Positions 37,274 to 46,350 of a DNA stretch of 64,000 bases are shown piece by piece. The DNA comes from Bdellovibrionales bacterium (lineage in GTDB: Bacteria > Bdellovibrionota > Bdellovibrionia > Bdellovibrionales > JAGQZY01), in the NCBI GenBank assembly GCA_964230645.1, contig CAXRHT010000001.1:320001-384000 (forward strand), in the 5' to 3' direction. Position 1 is the stretch's first letter, and the number at the start of each line of letters is the position of its first letter. The notes beneath the pieces were generated by a model. It was not told the DNA's origin, ran no database searches, and was given only the letters and a program-made list of their open reading frames with translations. Made by a program: the position numbers and the translations under genes.

Positions 37274-37834
37274 TTAAAAGCTGCGGACTTTTACCATGGC
37301 GCGCTTTAGGGAGAGGATTTCTTCTTTTACAGCGTCCATGAAGTTTTGGGCGAATTTTTCGACGTTGGCGATGCCGAAGTCTGTGAGGCTTGAGGTTTCT
37401 ACTGGGGTGCCGTCGTTGGTGATGTTGATTCCGTAGTGGATGAGGGAAGAGGTTGTTGAACAGGTGGCAATACTGATGTTGAGCTTTTTCTTTCCCCAGT
37501 AGACATCGTCACCGTAGCGTTTCAAGGCAATTTCGGTTTTGGTGAGTTTTTGAATTTCTAAAATGAGGATCTCTCCCATCAATCTCTGTAAGGCAATGGC
37601 ACTTGAAAGCGGAAATTGGAAAAGTTCCATTGAGAAGTGGAGCATGCTGTCGGAAGCGATTTTTGAAAGAGCTCTTAAATCCTCTCCATCAATCATATGC
37701 TCAGGGGTGACTTCACAGGCCCCTTGCCAGGCGACCATAGAATCTCCGAGCACGCCGTGCTCTAAATAATTAAAGAGAGGGGCGAGTTGTTTGCCGGTAT
37801 ATTTCATTGTGTTTTCAAGCCATAGAGTGTGCAT
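37274..37834 (-). CDS. DUF366-family protein (BPL/LPL-ligase-like fold, function unknown)
   Basis: Y.G.QL, GDS.V.W.G.C.V, M.D.EDL, I.S..MLHF, R.GDD.Y, KL.ISIAT, IH.GINI...GTPV.T motifs. Confidence 0.82.
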   Translation of the reverse strand: MHTLWLENTMKYTGKQLAPLFNYLEHGVLGDSMVAWQGACEVTPEHMIDGEDLRALSKIASDSMLHFSMELFQFPLSSAIALQRLMGEILILEIQKLTKTEIALKRYGDDVYWGKKKLNISIATCSTTSSLIHYGINITNDGTPVETSSLTDFGIANVEKFAQNFMDAVKEEILSLKRAMVKVRSF

Positions 37835-37845
37835 AAATTAAACCT

Positions 37846-38511
37846 TTAGTTTTGAGCCTTTAAGGCCCTCAAGAATCTTTGACAGGATTCACAGCGTCCA
37901 CAAATCTTATCGCCATTATAGTAACAGGACCAAATCTTTTGCGCATCCACCCCTAATTTCAAAGCCTCTTGCATGATTTCCACTTTTTGCATTTTTTGGG
38001 AAAAACAATGGATTTGAACCCCGTTAGAGGTTGAGAGTTTTAAACAGGCGTTCATCTTTTCAATATACTCTTCACTGTTGTCGGGAAATGTGACCGCCTC
38101 TTCTGCATTAAATCCAGGCACAACAAAGTCGGCTCCCCATTTTTCAGCAAAACAAGCTCCGATGTTTAAAAAAACTCCATTGCGATTAGAGACCCACACC
38201 TTTTCAGCCGAGGCTCTAGAGGCCGCCAAATCATCGATATTGACCTCCTCTGTGGGCACATCTTGACTTGAGGTGAGGGAGCTTTTGTCTTCAGAAAAAA
38301 GACTAGTTATATCAACTATTTCTAGAGATATGTTAAGGTTCCGACTAAAGTCTGTGGCGGCCTTTTTTTCGCTCCCCCAGGCTCGTTGGCCATAGTTAAA
38401 TAGCAAGGCACGCACGTGCCCAGGCCATTTATTTTCAGAGGCATAGAGATTATAAACAGAATCGAGGCCTCCTGAGAGTAAGACCACCGCTTTACAGGTT
38501 TTAGATTTCAT
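37846..38511 (-). CDS. queC: 7-cyano-7-deazaguanine synthase
   Basis: SGGLDS PP-loop, YGQR, V..RNG.FL, FPDNS, WSCY...CG.C.SC Zn motif. Confidence 0.93.
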   Translation of the reverse strand: MKSKTCKAVVLLSGGLDSVYNLYASENKWPGHVRALLFNYGQRAWGSEKKAATDFSRNLNISLEIVDITSLFSEDKSSLTSSQDVPTEEVNIDDLAASRASAEKVWVSNRNGVFLNIGACFAEKWGADFVVPGFNAEEAVTFPDNSEEYIEKMNACLKLSTSNGVQIHCFSQKMQKVEIMQEALKLGVDAQKIWSCYYNGDKICGRCESCQRFLRALKAQN

Positions 38512-38613
38512 ATGTTTGATGTAGTGGGACCCAGGCTAAACCTCAAGTTCAAATTATAGACAATTTCAGGAAATCCCTAGACGCCTCCAATTTCCTTCTC
38601 TATAAAATAGCTT

Positions 38614-39195
38614 ATGCTTTTAAATGCCAATGGTTTTAAGGAGTTCGTGAAAGCAGCCTTTCGCGACCCCCGCAATGTTTCCACTATTTTTCCAAGCCAG
38701 AAGTTTCTGGCCAAAGCCCTTATCCAACACGCTGGAATCAAAAAGGGAGACCACGTTTTAGAGCTTGGCTGTGGAAGTGGAGCTATTACACGCTACATCA
38801 TGGAAAAGAGAGCTCACATTGGAGAGTACACTGGAGTTGAAATCGACGAGGAGCTTGTCGAATACCTCAAGTACACTTTTAAAGGAGAAAAATTTCTCAA
38901 TGTCTCAGCCGACAAGCTTCATGACCAAATTCCTGATGGCTCCATGGACGTAGTGATCTGCTCTTTACCTTGGACACTTTTTGCTGGAAAACTACAAGAG
39001 GGCATCACCGACGAAATCTACCGAGTGCTAAAGCCCGGCGGACGATTCACGACCTATCTTTGCATTCACTCGCTCACCTATCCTGGCGCTCCACGGGCTA
39101 AAAAGATTTTTAAACGCAATTTCTCGGACTTTCAAAAAAGAGAGTCCATTGCAAGAAACATCCCGCCTGCCAACGTTTATCTTGGAATAAAATAA
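38614..39195 (+). CDS. Class I SAM-dependent methyltransferase, phospholipid N-methyltransferase (PmtA)-like
   Basis: P.....PS..FLA, VLELGCGSGAIT, SLPW, LKPGG.F, NIPPA.VY. Confidence 0.8.
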   Translation: MLLNANGFKEFVKAAFRDPRNVSTIFPSQKFLAKALIQHAGIKKGDHVLELGCGSGAITRYIMEKRAHIGEYTGVEIDEELVEYLKYTFKGEKFLNVSADKLHDQIPDGSMDVVICSLPWTLFAGKLQEGITDEIYRVLKPGGRFTTYLCIHSLTYPGAPRAKKIFKRNFSDFQKRESIARNIPPANVYLGIK

Positions 39196-39206
39196 CAACC
39201 TCGGGT

Positions 39207-42200
39207 TTAAATCGATTTTTCCAAGTACCCGCTCGGAGCATTTAATAAAAAGGCCCCTCGGTAGACCAGAGAGCGATAAAATTTGGAAGGTTCAACATGC
39301 TCTTCTTTGTCGATCACTTCGTAGGCTTCTACCTCTTCTTTTTCACCCCAGTCGTTCACTATCGTAATAGGAACTCTTTTATAGGCCCCGAAACCAAGAG
39401 GTCCGCCTTCAATTTTATCGAGCACTTTCAAGTCATCATTGTTCAGAGTGACCACCACTCCGTAAACCTGATCCCCTTTTGACGGGACGATATCCGCGAC
39501 CCCACCCTGTCTTTTTTCAGAGTAGCGCGTATAGGCCAAGCGATAATCATTGAGGCACCCACGCCCATGAACTCGGGCCGAAGGGCAGCGAGTTTTTATC
39601 TGATTGATATCCATGTTCGACCCAAAACAAAAGATCTTGTTATCTCGATTTATGGTGGGCTCACCAAAGCCTCCGCCACCTGGTGTTTCAATCACCAGCC
39701 GATCCTCTTTTTTTACATCAATTTCAAAACACTCTTCGAGTGACTTTCTCTCTCCCCTCTCTTCAACAAAGTTTCTCCCTGTGTGTCCATCAGAGCCACC
39801 TTTAATACCTCGGGGGGCATAATTTCTACTTTGGGATAAAAAACTCACACTCATATTTTCTAGAAAACGTAGTTTTCGAATAAGACCATTGCCCCCTCGG
39901 TTTTTACCCACTCCACCACTGCCATGGCGAACTCCCATCAATTCAATCAATACAGGGTAGCGATTTTCGAAAATTTCTGGATCTGTGAGAAGGGAGTTTG
40001 TCATATTCACTTGAACACTACTGGCTCCAGGCCCAGAAGCCGTCGCCCCACTTCCCCCGCCTAAGGTTTCATAATATTGATAATTATCTGTCCCAAAGGT
40101 CAAATTGTTCATGGTTCCCTGGGAGTGAGCCTTTATGCCAAAGGCTTCAAACAGAAGGTCACAAAGTGACTGTGAGGTTTCTACATTTCCGGCAACGACG
40201 GCTGCCCCTTTTTTAGGATTTAAAAAACAGTCCTCAGGTAATTTTATTTTAATAGACCGAAACAGTCCGTCGTTGAGAGGAAGGCTTTCCTGCACAAGAC
40301 TTCGTAAGACGAACAAGATAGCCGCTTTTAAAACAGGTTTCGGGGCATTAAAGTTGCTTTCTTGCTGGGGACTAGAACCGGTAAAATCAAATAATATTTT
40401 CTCATTATTTTTTTTAAGGCTCAGACAAATCTTTCTCTCTGGAGCCATCTGCTTTTCAACCTGCTGGTCCTTGAGATCTTTTAATTTTTCCGCTAACTTT
40501 TTTTCAGAATAGGAAAGTATCGATTCAATTTGGTTTTCGATTTTCTCAGTTCCATACTGTTCGGTTAAATCCTTTAATTCGGAAAGACCCTTTTGGTTGG
40601 CCGCAATTTTGGCTTTGATGTCAAAAATATTGGAATCAATATTACGAGTGGGATAAGCCCCCTCTGAGAAAAGCTTTCTCAATTTCTCCTCTTGAAATTG
40701 ACCATCATCAACAAGAACTTGCGGAGAAATAACCACGCCCTCTTCACTGAGTTTTTTACTAAAGGCTGGCATGGAGCCTGGACTCACGCCCCCTATATCA
40801 GCATGGTGCCCGCGGCTAGCGACCCACATAAAGACTTTGCCGTCTCTAAAAAAAGGCGTCACCACTGTCACATCCGGAAGGTGAGTCCCGCCAGCAGTAG
40901 GGTCGTTACAGATATAACTATTGCCAGGTTTTATTTCACACTGATCTCTTACCGCTCGCACGGAGTCCCCCATGGATCCTAAATGTACCGGGATATGAGG
41001 AGCGTTTGAAAGCAACTCCCCTTTTGAGTTAAAAAGAGCACATGAAAAGTCGTTTCTCTCTTTAATGTTTACCGACTGAGCTAACTTTTTGAGGCTCACT
41101 CCCATTTGTTCTGCGATAAATTGGAACCTTTGGTAAAAGAGCTCCATCTCTACGGACTCTATACGCTCTGGCTTAGTTTGATCTGGCTTCCCCTGAAACT
41201 CTAGGAACCATTCCCCCTCTTTATTCTTTTTAGCTTTCCAAGCTTCCTCAACAACGATGGTAGTGTTGTTCTCCTCAATTTTAAAAGGACCCTCTTTGGT
41301 TTGATCAACTTCTACTTCTTCTTCATTTGTTGATTCGGTCTTTTTACCCTCTCCTTTTAGAGAAATGGTCTCACAAAGTATTTCCTCTTCTTGATCAATG
41401 CCAAAAACTACTTTCATATGCTCCCTGAAAGATTCTTCGGCCTCAGTTTTATCCTCGGCTTCAATAGGAACGATATAGTCACTGCCTTTAGAATAAAGAA
41501 AATAAGTTCTGAGCCAATGGGTGACTTCGAAACTAGCTTCTCTTCTAATTTCCTGTTTGAGCTTTTCAAAACCTCTTTCAAAAGGTCCTTTCTTTGAGAG
41601 CGCTTGCACAGCCTCCCCCATCCCATAAGCTGAAAGCACACTTGAAAGAGGATGGATAAAAATAGACTTGATCTTCAACCTCTCTGCCACTCGCGTAGCC
41701 ATTTGGCCTCCCGCCCCTCCAAAGCTAACAAGAGTGTAATCACTTGGATCCTGCCCGCGCTCAATCGAAATTTTACGAATAGCCTTGGCCATCGTTTCAA
41801 CAGCAACATCTAAAAAACCTTCAGCCACTTCCTCAGGCGACACCCCAACCTCTTTTGAGAGCTCGTCAAATTTTTCTTTCACGATCTCTTCATCAAGTCC
41901 CTGGTTTTGATCGGACCCAAAAACTTTAGGAAACTGGTCAGGATTCAAACGACCTAAAAACAAATTGGCATCTGTAACCGTCAGTGGACCTCCTTGCCTA
42001 TAGCAGGCCGGTCCTGGATTGGCTCCTGCAGACTCAGGTCCTACTAAAAAACGAGAACCATCATATTTTAAAATCGATCCTCCACCTGCGGCCACAGTAT
42101 GAATATCCACCATAGGGCTTAAAAAATTAAATCCATGAAAATTAGCACGATGCTCAAGATTTATGGCTCCATTACAAAGAGCCACATCTGTACTTGTTCC

Positions 42201-43040
42201 ACCCATATCAAAAGTAATAATTTTATTTATCCCTCGCTTTTGAGCCGCCCGCAAAGCTCCCACAAGCCCTCCAGCAGGGCCAGAAAGAAGAGAGTTGTAG
42301 CCTTTGAGTTCCTCTGAAAAACAGAGATCCCCACTGGACTGCATATAAAGAAATTCATCCACATCAATTTTCGACTCAAGGTCTTCGGTGTACTGCTTCA
42401 AAAAAGGTGTGAGATTAGCATCGATAACAGAAGTCTCTGTTCTCATGATATAACGATTCTCCGGACTCACTCGGTGAGAAAGACTGATGTAATCAAACCC
42501 CAAATCCTTGGCAACTCTCTCAACAAGCAACTCGTGATCAGGAAACTTATTAGCATGCATAAAACTCACAGCAACAGATGAGATTCCTTTCTCAAGAATC
42601 CGCTCTAGTTCAAAACGAACAAGATCTTCATCAAGAGCTTTAATCACTTCCCCTTGAGCATTCACCCTTTCTTCTAGATGCGAGACCCAAGTATAAAGAG
42701 GCTTCTTTTTCTGAATATCCAACTCAAACAAATCCGGCCGATTCTGCTGCCGAATCTCCAAAACATCTTGCTGACCAAGGCTTGTCAGCAGCGCACAAGG
42801 CACTCCTTTTTTCTCTAAAAAAGCATTGGTTGCCACAGTGGTTCCAAGCCGAATAGAAGAAACCACATTCTTTAACTCCGAAGTCCCTGTCAGCTCAACA
42901 AGCCCCTGATAAACCGCTGACTCATAATGAGGAGAATGAGAAAGAAGCTTATGAACCTTCCTTTCCCCCGTTGGAGAAATCCCAACAATATCAGTAAACG
43001 TACCCCCACAATCAATCCAAAATACCCATTTTTTATCCAT
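39207..43040 (-). CDS. oplA: ATP-dependent 5-oxoprolinase (fused hydantoinase A+B) with C-terminal gamma-glutamylcyclotransferase domain
   Basis: IDCGGTFTD, SGPAGG, DMGGTSTDV, HTVAAGGGS, NIKERNDFSCA, NAPHIPVHLGSM, GGTHLPD, HHADIGG..PGS, TPGGGGFG; then FCFGSNM...GGVADI...VYGVV...LDKIEG...PS..Y. Confidence 0.93.
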   Translation of the reverse strand: MDKKWVFWIDCGGTFTDIVGISPTGERKVHKLLSHSPHYESAVYQGLVELTGTSELKNVVSSIRLGTTVATNAFLEKKGVPCALLTSLGQQDVLEIRQQNRPDLFELDIQKKKPLYTWVSHLEERVNAQGEVIKALDEDLVRFELERILEKGISSVAVSFMHANKFPDHELLVERVAKDLGFDYISLSHRVSPENRYIMRTETSVIDANLTPFLKQYTEDLESKIDVDEFLYMQSSGDLCFSEELKGYNSLLSGPAGGLVGALRAAQKRGINKIITFDMGGTSTDVALCNGAINLEHRANFHGFNFLSPMVDIHTVAAGGGSILKYDGSRFLVGPESAGANPGPACYRQGGPLTVTDANLFLGRLNPDQFPKVFGSDQNQGLDEEIVKEKFDELSKEVGVSPEEVAEGFLDVAVETMAKAIRKISIERGQDPSDYTLVSFGGAGGQMATRVAERLKIKSIFIHPLSSVLSAYGMGEAVQALSKKGPFERGFEKLKQEIRREASFEVTHWLRTYFLYSKGSDYIVPIEAEDKTEAEESFREHMKVVFGIDQEEEILCETISLKGEGKKTESTNEEEVEVDQTKEGPFKIEENNTTIVVEEAWKAKKNKEGEWFLEFQGKPDQTKPERIESVEMELFYQRFQFIAEQMGVSLKKLAQSVNIKERNDFSCALFNSKGELLSNAPHIPVHLGSMGDSVRAVRDQCEIKPGNSYICNDPTAGGTHLPDVTVVTPFFRDGKVFMWVASRGHHADIGGVSPGSMPAFSKKLSEEGVVISPQVLVDDGQFQEEKLRKLFSEGAYPTRNIDSNIFDIKAKIAANQKGLSELKDLTEQYGTEKIENQIESILSYSEKKLAEKLKDLKDQQVEKQMAPERKICLSLKKNNEKILFDFTGSSPQQESNFNAPKPVLKAAILFVLRSLVQESLPLNDGLFRSIKIKLPEDCFLNPKKGAAVVAGNVETSQSLCDLLFEAFGIKAHSQGTMNNLTFGTDNYQYYETLGGGSGATASGPGASSVQVNMTNSLLTDPEIFENRYPVLIELMGVRHGSGGVGKNRGGNGLIRKLRFLENMSVSFLSQSRNYAPRGIKGGSDGHTGRNFVEERGERKSLEECFEIDVKKEDRLVIETPGGGGFGEPTINRDNKIFCFGSNMDINQIKTRCPSARVHGRGCLNDYRLAYTRYSEKRQGGVADIVPSKGDQVYGVVVTLNNDDLKVLDKIEGGPLGFGAYKRVPITIVNDWGEKEEVEAYEVIDKEEHVEPSKFYRSLVYRGAFLLNAPSGYLEKSI

Positions 43041-43286
43041 AACTTTTTATAACGAACAACAAGAAACAAATCAAAACAAGCTAACCGCAAAGTTGTGAAG
43101 AATTTTACAAAATATCCCTTATCTCTCTTGAAAGCCTCAACCAATCGACAAATACGCATAAGGAAAAATGTTTCTGGAGAATTACTTTTCTAGAAAGAGT
43201 CTTTAAACAGTTACTATAAAGGAATCTTTGTTAAGAATTCACTTAAGATTAGGACATTGTGATTTATTGAAAAAAAAGAACTTCAA

Positions 43287-43460
43287 CGCCTTTCGCGTTT
43301 TCTCTTTGAAATTTGGATCGCATGAGACGGAGGCTCGAGCAGCGAGCGCTGCGTATCTCGGGCTGCGCAATGAAATTGCGCGGTCCGGGAGACGAAGTGC
43401 ACCCGAGTGCGTGCCTCCGGCCCATGCGCTCCAAATTTCAAAGAGAAAACGCGAAAGGCG
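43287..43460. repeat. 174-bp rod-like palindromic element
   Basis: 31-bp perfect terminal IR CGCCTTTCGCGTTTTCTCTTTGAAATTTGGA extending imperfectly to ~50 bp; the core also pairs around a GAA loop. Confidence 0.92.
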
Positions 43461-43495
43461 CCCCCGAGCGTCTTTCCCACTAAATCCAAATCTTG

Positions 43496-45460
43496 TTAAA
43501 TTTCCTTAGCCAATCGACGAAGATCTTCTTCTGGTGGCGTAAGTCCATACTCCGCCCCCAAATAGCTTTCCATAAACCGAGAGATTTCCTGTTTCTTCTC
43601 AGGATACTCCCTTTGAGCACGAAGTAAGAAATCCCGTGGCCCTTCAAAGCTCTCTTTCTCAATTCCCTTTTTAGAAAGCCGATCACGCAAGAGAAAATAG
43701 GATTTCTGAGCAGAAGAGAGCTTCACTTCATTGCGCCGATTGCGATGACGAATCCACAAATAAAAGACCAATAGAATTAAGAGAGTCAAATAAACCAATA
43801 ATTTTTGATTAAGACCTTGAAGTCCCATTCGCTCAAAAAAGTCTCTTTGCCCTTGACGATCGTAGTTTAGTAAAAAGAGATTCCAACGAGTGGCAATGGC
43901 ATCAACAGCGAGGGCTGCTCTTTTGATAAAACCATCATTGAGTCCATCAAGAAAGCCTTCTCTACCCGCTTCGGCCAGCTCGCTTTCACTTAAAGAGTGA
44001 AAAACAGCTCCCCCAAGCTCCATTCTTAAAGGAGCCACCATAACTGTAGGGTCAAATCGAAGCCAACGATTTTTCTGATCCGACCAAATTTCCGTCCAAG
44101 CGTGTGCGTCTCGACTGGTGACAAGATAAAAGTTACTCATGGGGTTTTTCTGCCCCCCTTGAAACCCCACGACCACCCGGGAGGGCACCTTAGCTAGACG
44201 CATAAGGGCTGCGAAACTCACAGCAAAGTGTTCACAGAAACCCACTTTTTTCTCAAAGAGAAACTCACCGAGCTTCTCAGTTTCCATGGCTCCCGGACTG
44301 AGCGTATAGCGAAACTGTCTTTGGTAAAAAGTCATCAGTTTATTGGCTTTTTCTTCATTGTTCCATTCCGCCCTATTAAAGCTGGCGACAAGATCTAAAA
44401 CTCTTTGGTCGGTTTCTTCTGGAGCTTGTAAATATTTGTCTCGATCACTCTCACTTAACAAACTTTGACCTTCAGGAGAGGAAAACACTCGGTAGACAAT
44501 TTTTTTATTCTGCTCTTTTAAAAGTCGAAAAGTTTCGCCCTCGACTTTCTTGGTTTTTCTTTGCAAAAAAGGACTATTGTGAACAACTCGAAGGGGACGA
44601 TCAAGACCAAAAAGCCATTTTTCAAAGAAAGGCTCTAGCAGAATTTCTTGCTCAAATCTCTTGGTTTTTTCCGAAATCGAATCGTTTTGGATCGGTTCGA
44701 TCCTCCCCTTTTCCCAGCGCATTCCGCTGTTGACGGTGAGCACACCTCCGCGCCAATATAGATCCATTCTTGATGGTTCTTTGACTGGAAATGTCACTCG
44801 AAAAGCTTCTTGATCTTGCTGAATGAGTTCTGAAAAGCTCCCAGGCTTCATAGTGTCACTAAAACCGTTAAGTTGGCTCTGCTTCCTGGCTCCTCCGATA
44901 AAACCCGTTGAGAAACGTGGAAAAACAAAAAATAGAAGAATCATAAACGGCGCAATTTGAAAGAAGAGTTTAAACCCCGTTTTCAACAATAGTTGTGGAT
45001 CAAAGCGCACCTGTGAGCCGTTATGAAGTTGCACTAAAAGTGCGGTAGTAATCACCAGGTCAAACAATGCGAAAATCGTCATCCCAAGTGACTGTGATTC
45101 AAAGAAGCGCGCGAGCAGCAGCATGAAATTTAAGAACAAAAGCACCATTGCATCGCGATATCCGACTCGGTCGATAAGTTTTAACGAGACCGCACAAATC
45201 AAAAGGGCCGAACCCGCTTCAAGACCTAAAATCTGCCCGTAGTTTTGATAGACTAAAAAGGATAATGTAAAGACAAGCCCCAACTTGGTGAACCAATTAG
45301 GTAGTGGCACGTATTGAAATTCATAGAGAAGTCGCCAGAGAAGGCATATCCCACCCACAGCCAAAGTGGGAACTGTATAAGTGGTAAAATGAGGAATAAG
45401 ATTTAGAGCTACCAAAAAAATAAGACTTAAATGAAAAAAGCGATTCGGAGCTGGGGTCAT
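43496..45460 (-). CDS. Transglutaminase-like membrane protein (TgpA type: DUF3488 + transglutaminase core)
   Basis: Multiple TM helices, LF..FPR, LYWRG, GFCEHFA (Cys), HAWTE (His), FDPT (Asp); ATG at 45460 overlaps the upstream stop (ATGA). Confidence 0.92.
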   Translation of the reverse strand: MTPAPNRFFHLSLIFLVALNLIPHFTTYTVPTLAVGGICLLWRLLYEFQYVPLPNWFTKLGLVFTLSFLVYQNYGQILGLEAGSALLICAVSLKLIDRVGYRDAMVLLFLNFMLLLARFFESQSLGMTIFALFDLVITTALLVQLHNGSQVRFDPQLLLKTGFKLFFQIAPFMILLFFVFPRFSTGFIGGARKQSQLNGFSDTMKPGSFSELIQQDQEAFRVTFPVKEPSRMDLYWRGGVLTVNSGMRWEKGRIEPIQNDSISEKTKRFEQEILLEPFFEKWLFGLDRPLRVVHNSPFLQRKTKKVEGETFRLLKEQNKKIVYRVFSSPEGQSLLSESDRDKYLQAPEETDQRVLDLVASFNRAEWNNEEKANKLMTFYQRQFRYTLSPGAMETEKLGEFLFEKKVGFCEHFAVSFAALMRLAKVPSRVVVGFQGGQKNPMSNFYLVTSRDAHAWTEIWSDQKNRWLRFDPTVMVAPLRMELGGAVFHSLSESELAEAGREGFLDGLNDGFIKRAALAVDAIATRWNLFLLNYDRQGQRDFFERMGLQGLNQKLLVYLTLLILLVFYLWIRHRNRRNEVKLSSAQKSYFLLRDRLSKKGIEKESFEGPRDFLLRAQREYPEKKQEISRFMESYLGAEYGLTPPEEDLRRLAKEI

Positions 45461-46350
45461 TCCACCACCCTTTGCTGAGCTAAGACTTTTAAGCATTCTG
45501 TTTTATGTTGAGGACCGTGGCTCGCAGCAACCCTCTTACCGCGGATGTTCATAGCATACGAGATATTTTCGTCATGACACTCATGAATCCATTTTGACAT
45601 TTGCCTCAAGCGAATCTCTTCATCCCCTTTGGCTTGTGAATAGTCGACAAGAAAAGTCTGCCTTTCGCCCTCTTCAAACTTTTTCGCTAATAGTGGTCGC
45701 CCCCTTGCAAAAGCCTTCCAGTCAATATGCCTGTGAGAGTCTCCCCATTCATATTTCTTGTGCTCTGAGAAATCATCTCCGTTATTTTTTTGCACCACAC
45801 CCTCATCCTGCCCCTCAGGCTGAAATTCGGAAATCGACTGATTTCCCCTTGGTGCGGGATAGATATAGTAGGTTTCATCGACCTTAAAATGGCGCCAAAC
45901 ATAGAAAAAACCAAAGGGATACCGAGTTGAAATAGATATCTTATCAATTTTTTTCTTACCCCAAGTTGAGGTCTTAAAGTCAAAGTATTGCGGGTGGAGG
46001 GACTTTTTATAGATAATCTCTATAGGAAAATCGATTTTATCCCCATTCATTTCGGCTTGTACCCGCAACTGAGAATGACCTTCTGTATTCTCACTTTTTA
46101 GCCACAAAACTCCGTGACCCGTGGATTCGCTGGCAGAAAGAAAAAGTTTAATCTTTTCTAATTTTATATTTTTTAAATTCGAGTGAGTTTGAACCATTCC
46201 TATAAGGAACAGGGCCACCAAAAAAAAGCATAAGATAAAAGCAAGGTTATTGTTGTAAACAGCCCCGCCTACAAGACTTACAAAAATACCCGCTCCATAC
46301 ATAAAGCCGTATTCTGTTGGTACAATGTAAATCTTTTCACGCTTTCTCAT
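45457..46350 (-). CDS. DUF58-domain protein
   Basis: IYI.PT..G, YNNNL, T.YPFG.F, Y..GD..RHIDWKA.AR motifs. Confidence 0.92.
   Translation of the reverse strand: MRKREKIYIVPTEYGFMYGAGIFVSLVGGAVYNNNLAFILCFFLVALFLIGMVQTHSNLKNIKLEKIKLFLSASESTGHGVLWLKSENTEGHSQLRVQAEMNGDKIDFPIEIIYKKSLHPQYFDFKTSTWGKKKIDKISISTRYPFGFFYVWRHFKVDETYYIYPAPRGNQSISEFQPEGQDEGVVQKNNGDDFSEHKKYEWGDSHRHIDWKAFARGRPLLAKKFEEGERQTFLVDYSQAKGDEEIRLRQMSKWIHECHDENISYAMNIRGKRVAASHGPQHKTECLKVLAQQRVVE

Noticed and set aside
36870..37309. Four overlapping short ORFs on both strands
   Set aside because: They are by-products of the palindromic elements; their translations mirror each other.
43228..43509. ORFs 43228..43509 (+) and 43283..43489 (-); also considered 6S RNA for the hairpin
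   Set aside because: The ORFs are mirror translations of the palindrome. A 31-bp perfect terminal stem, no clear large central bubble and the wrong gene context argue against 6S, though an Rfam search is needed to exclude it.
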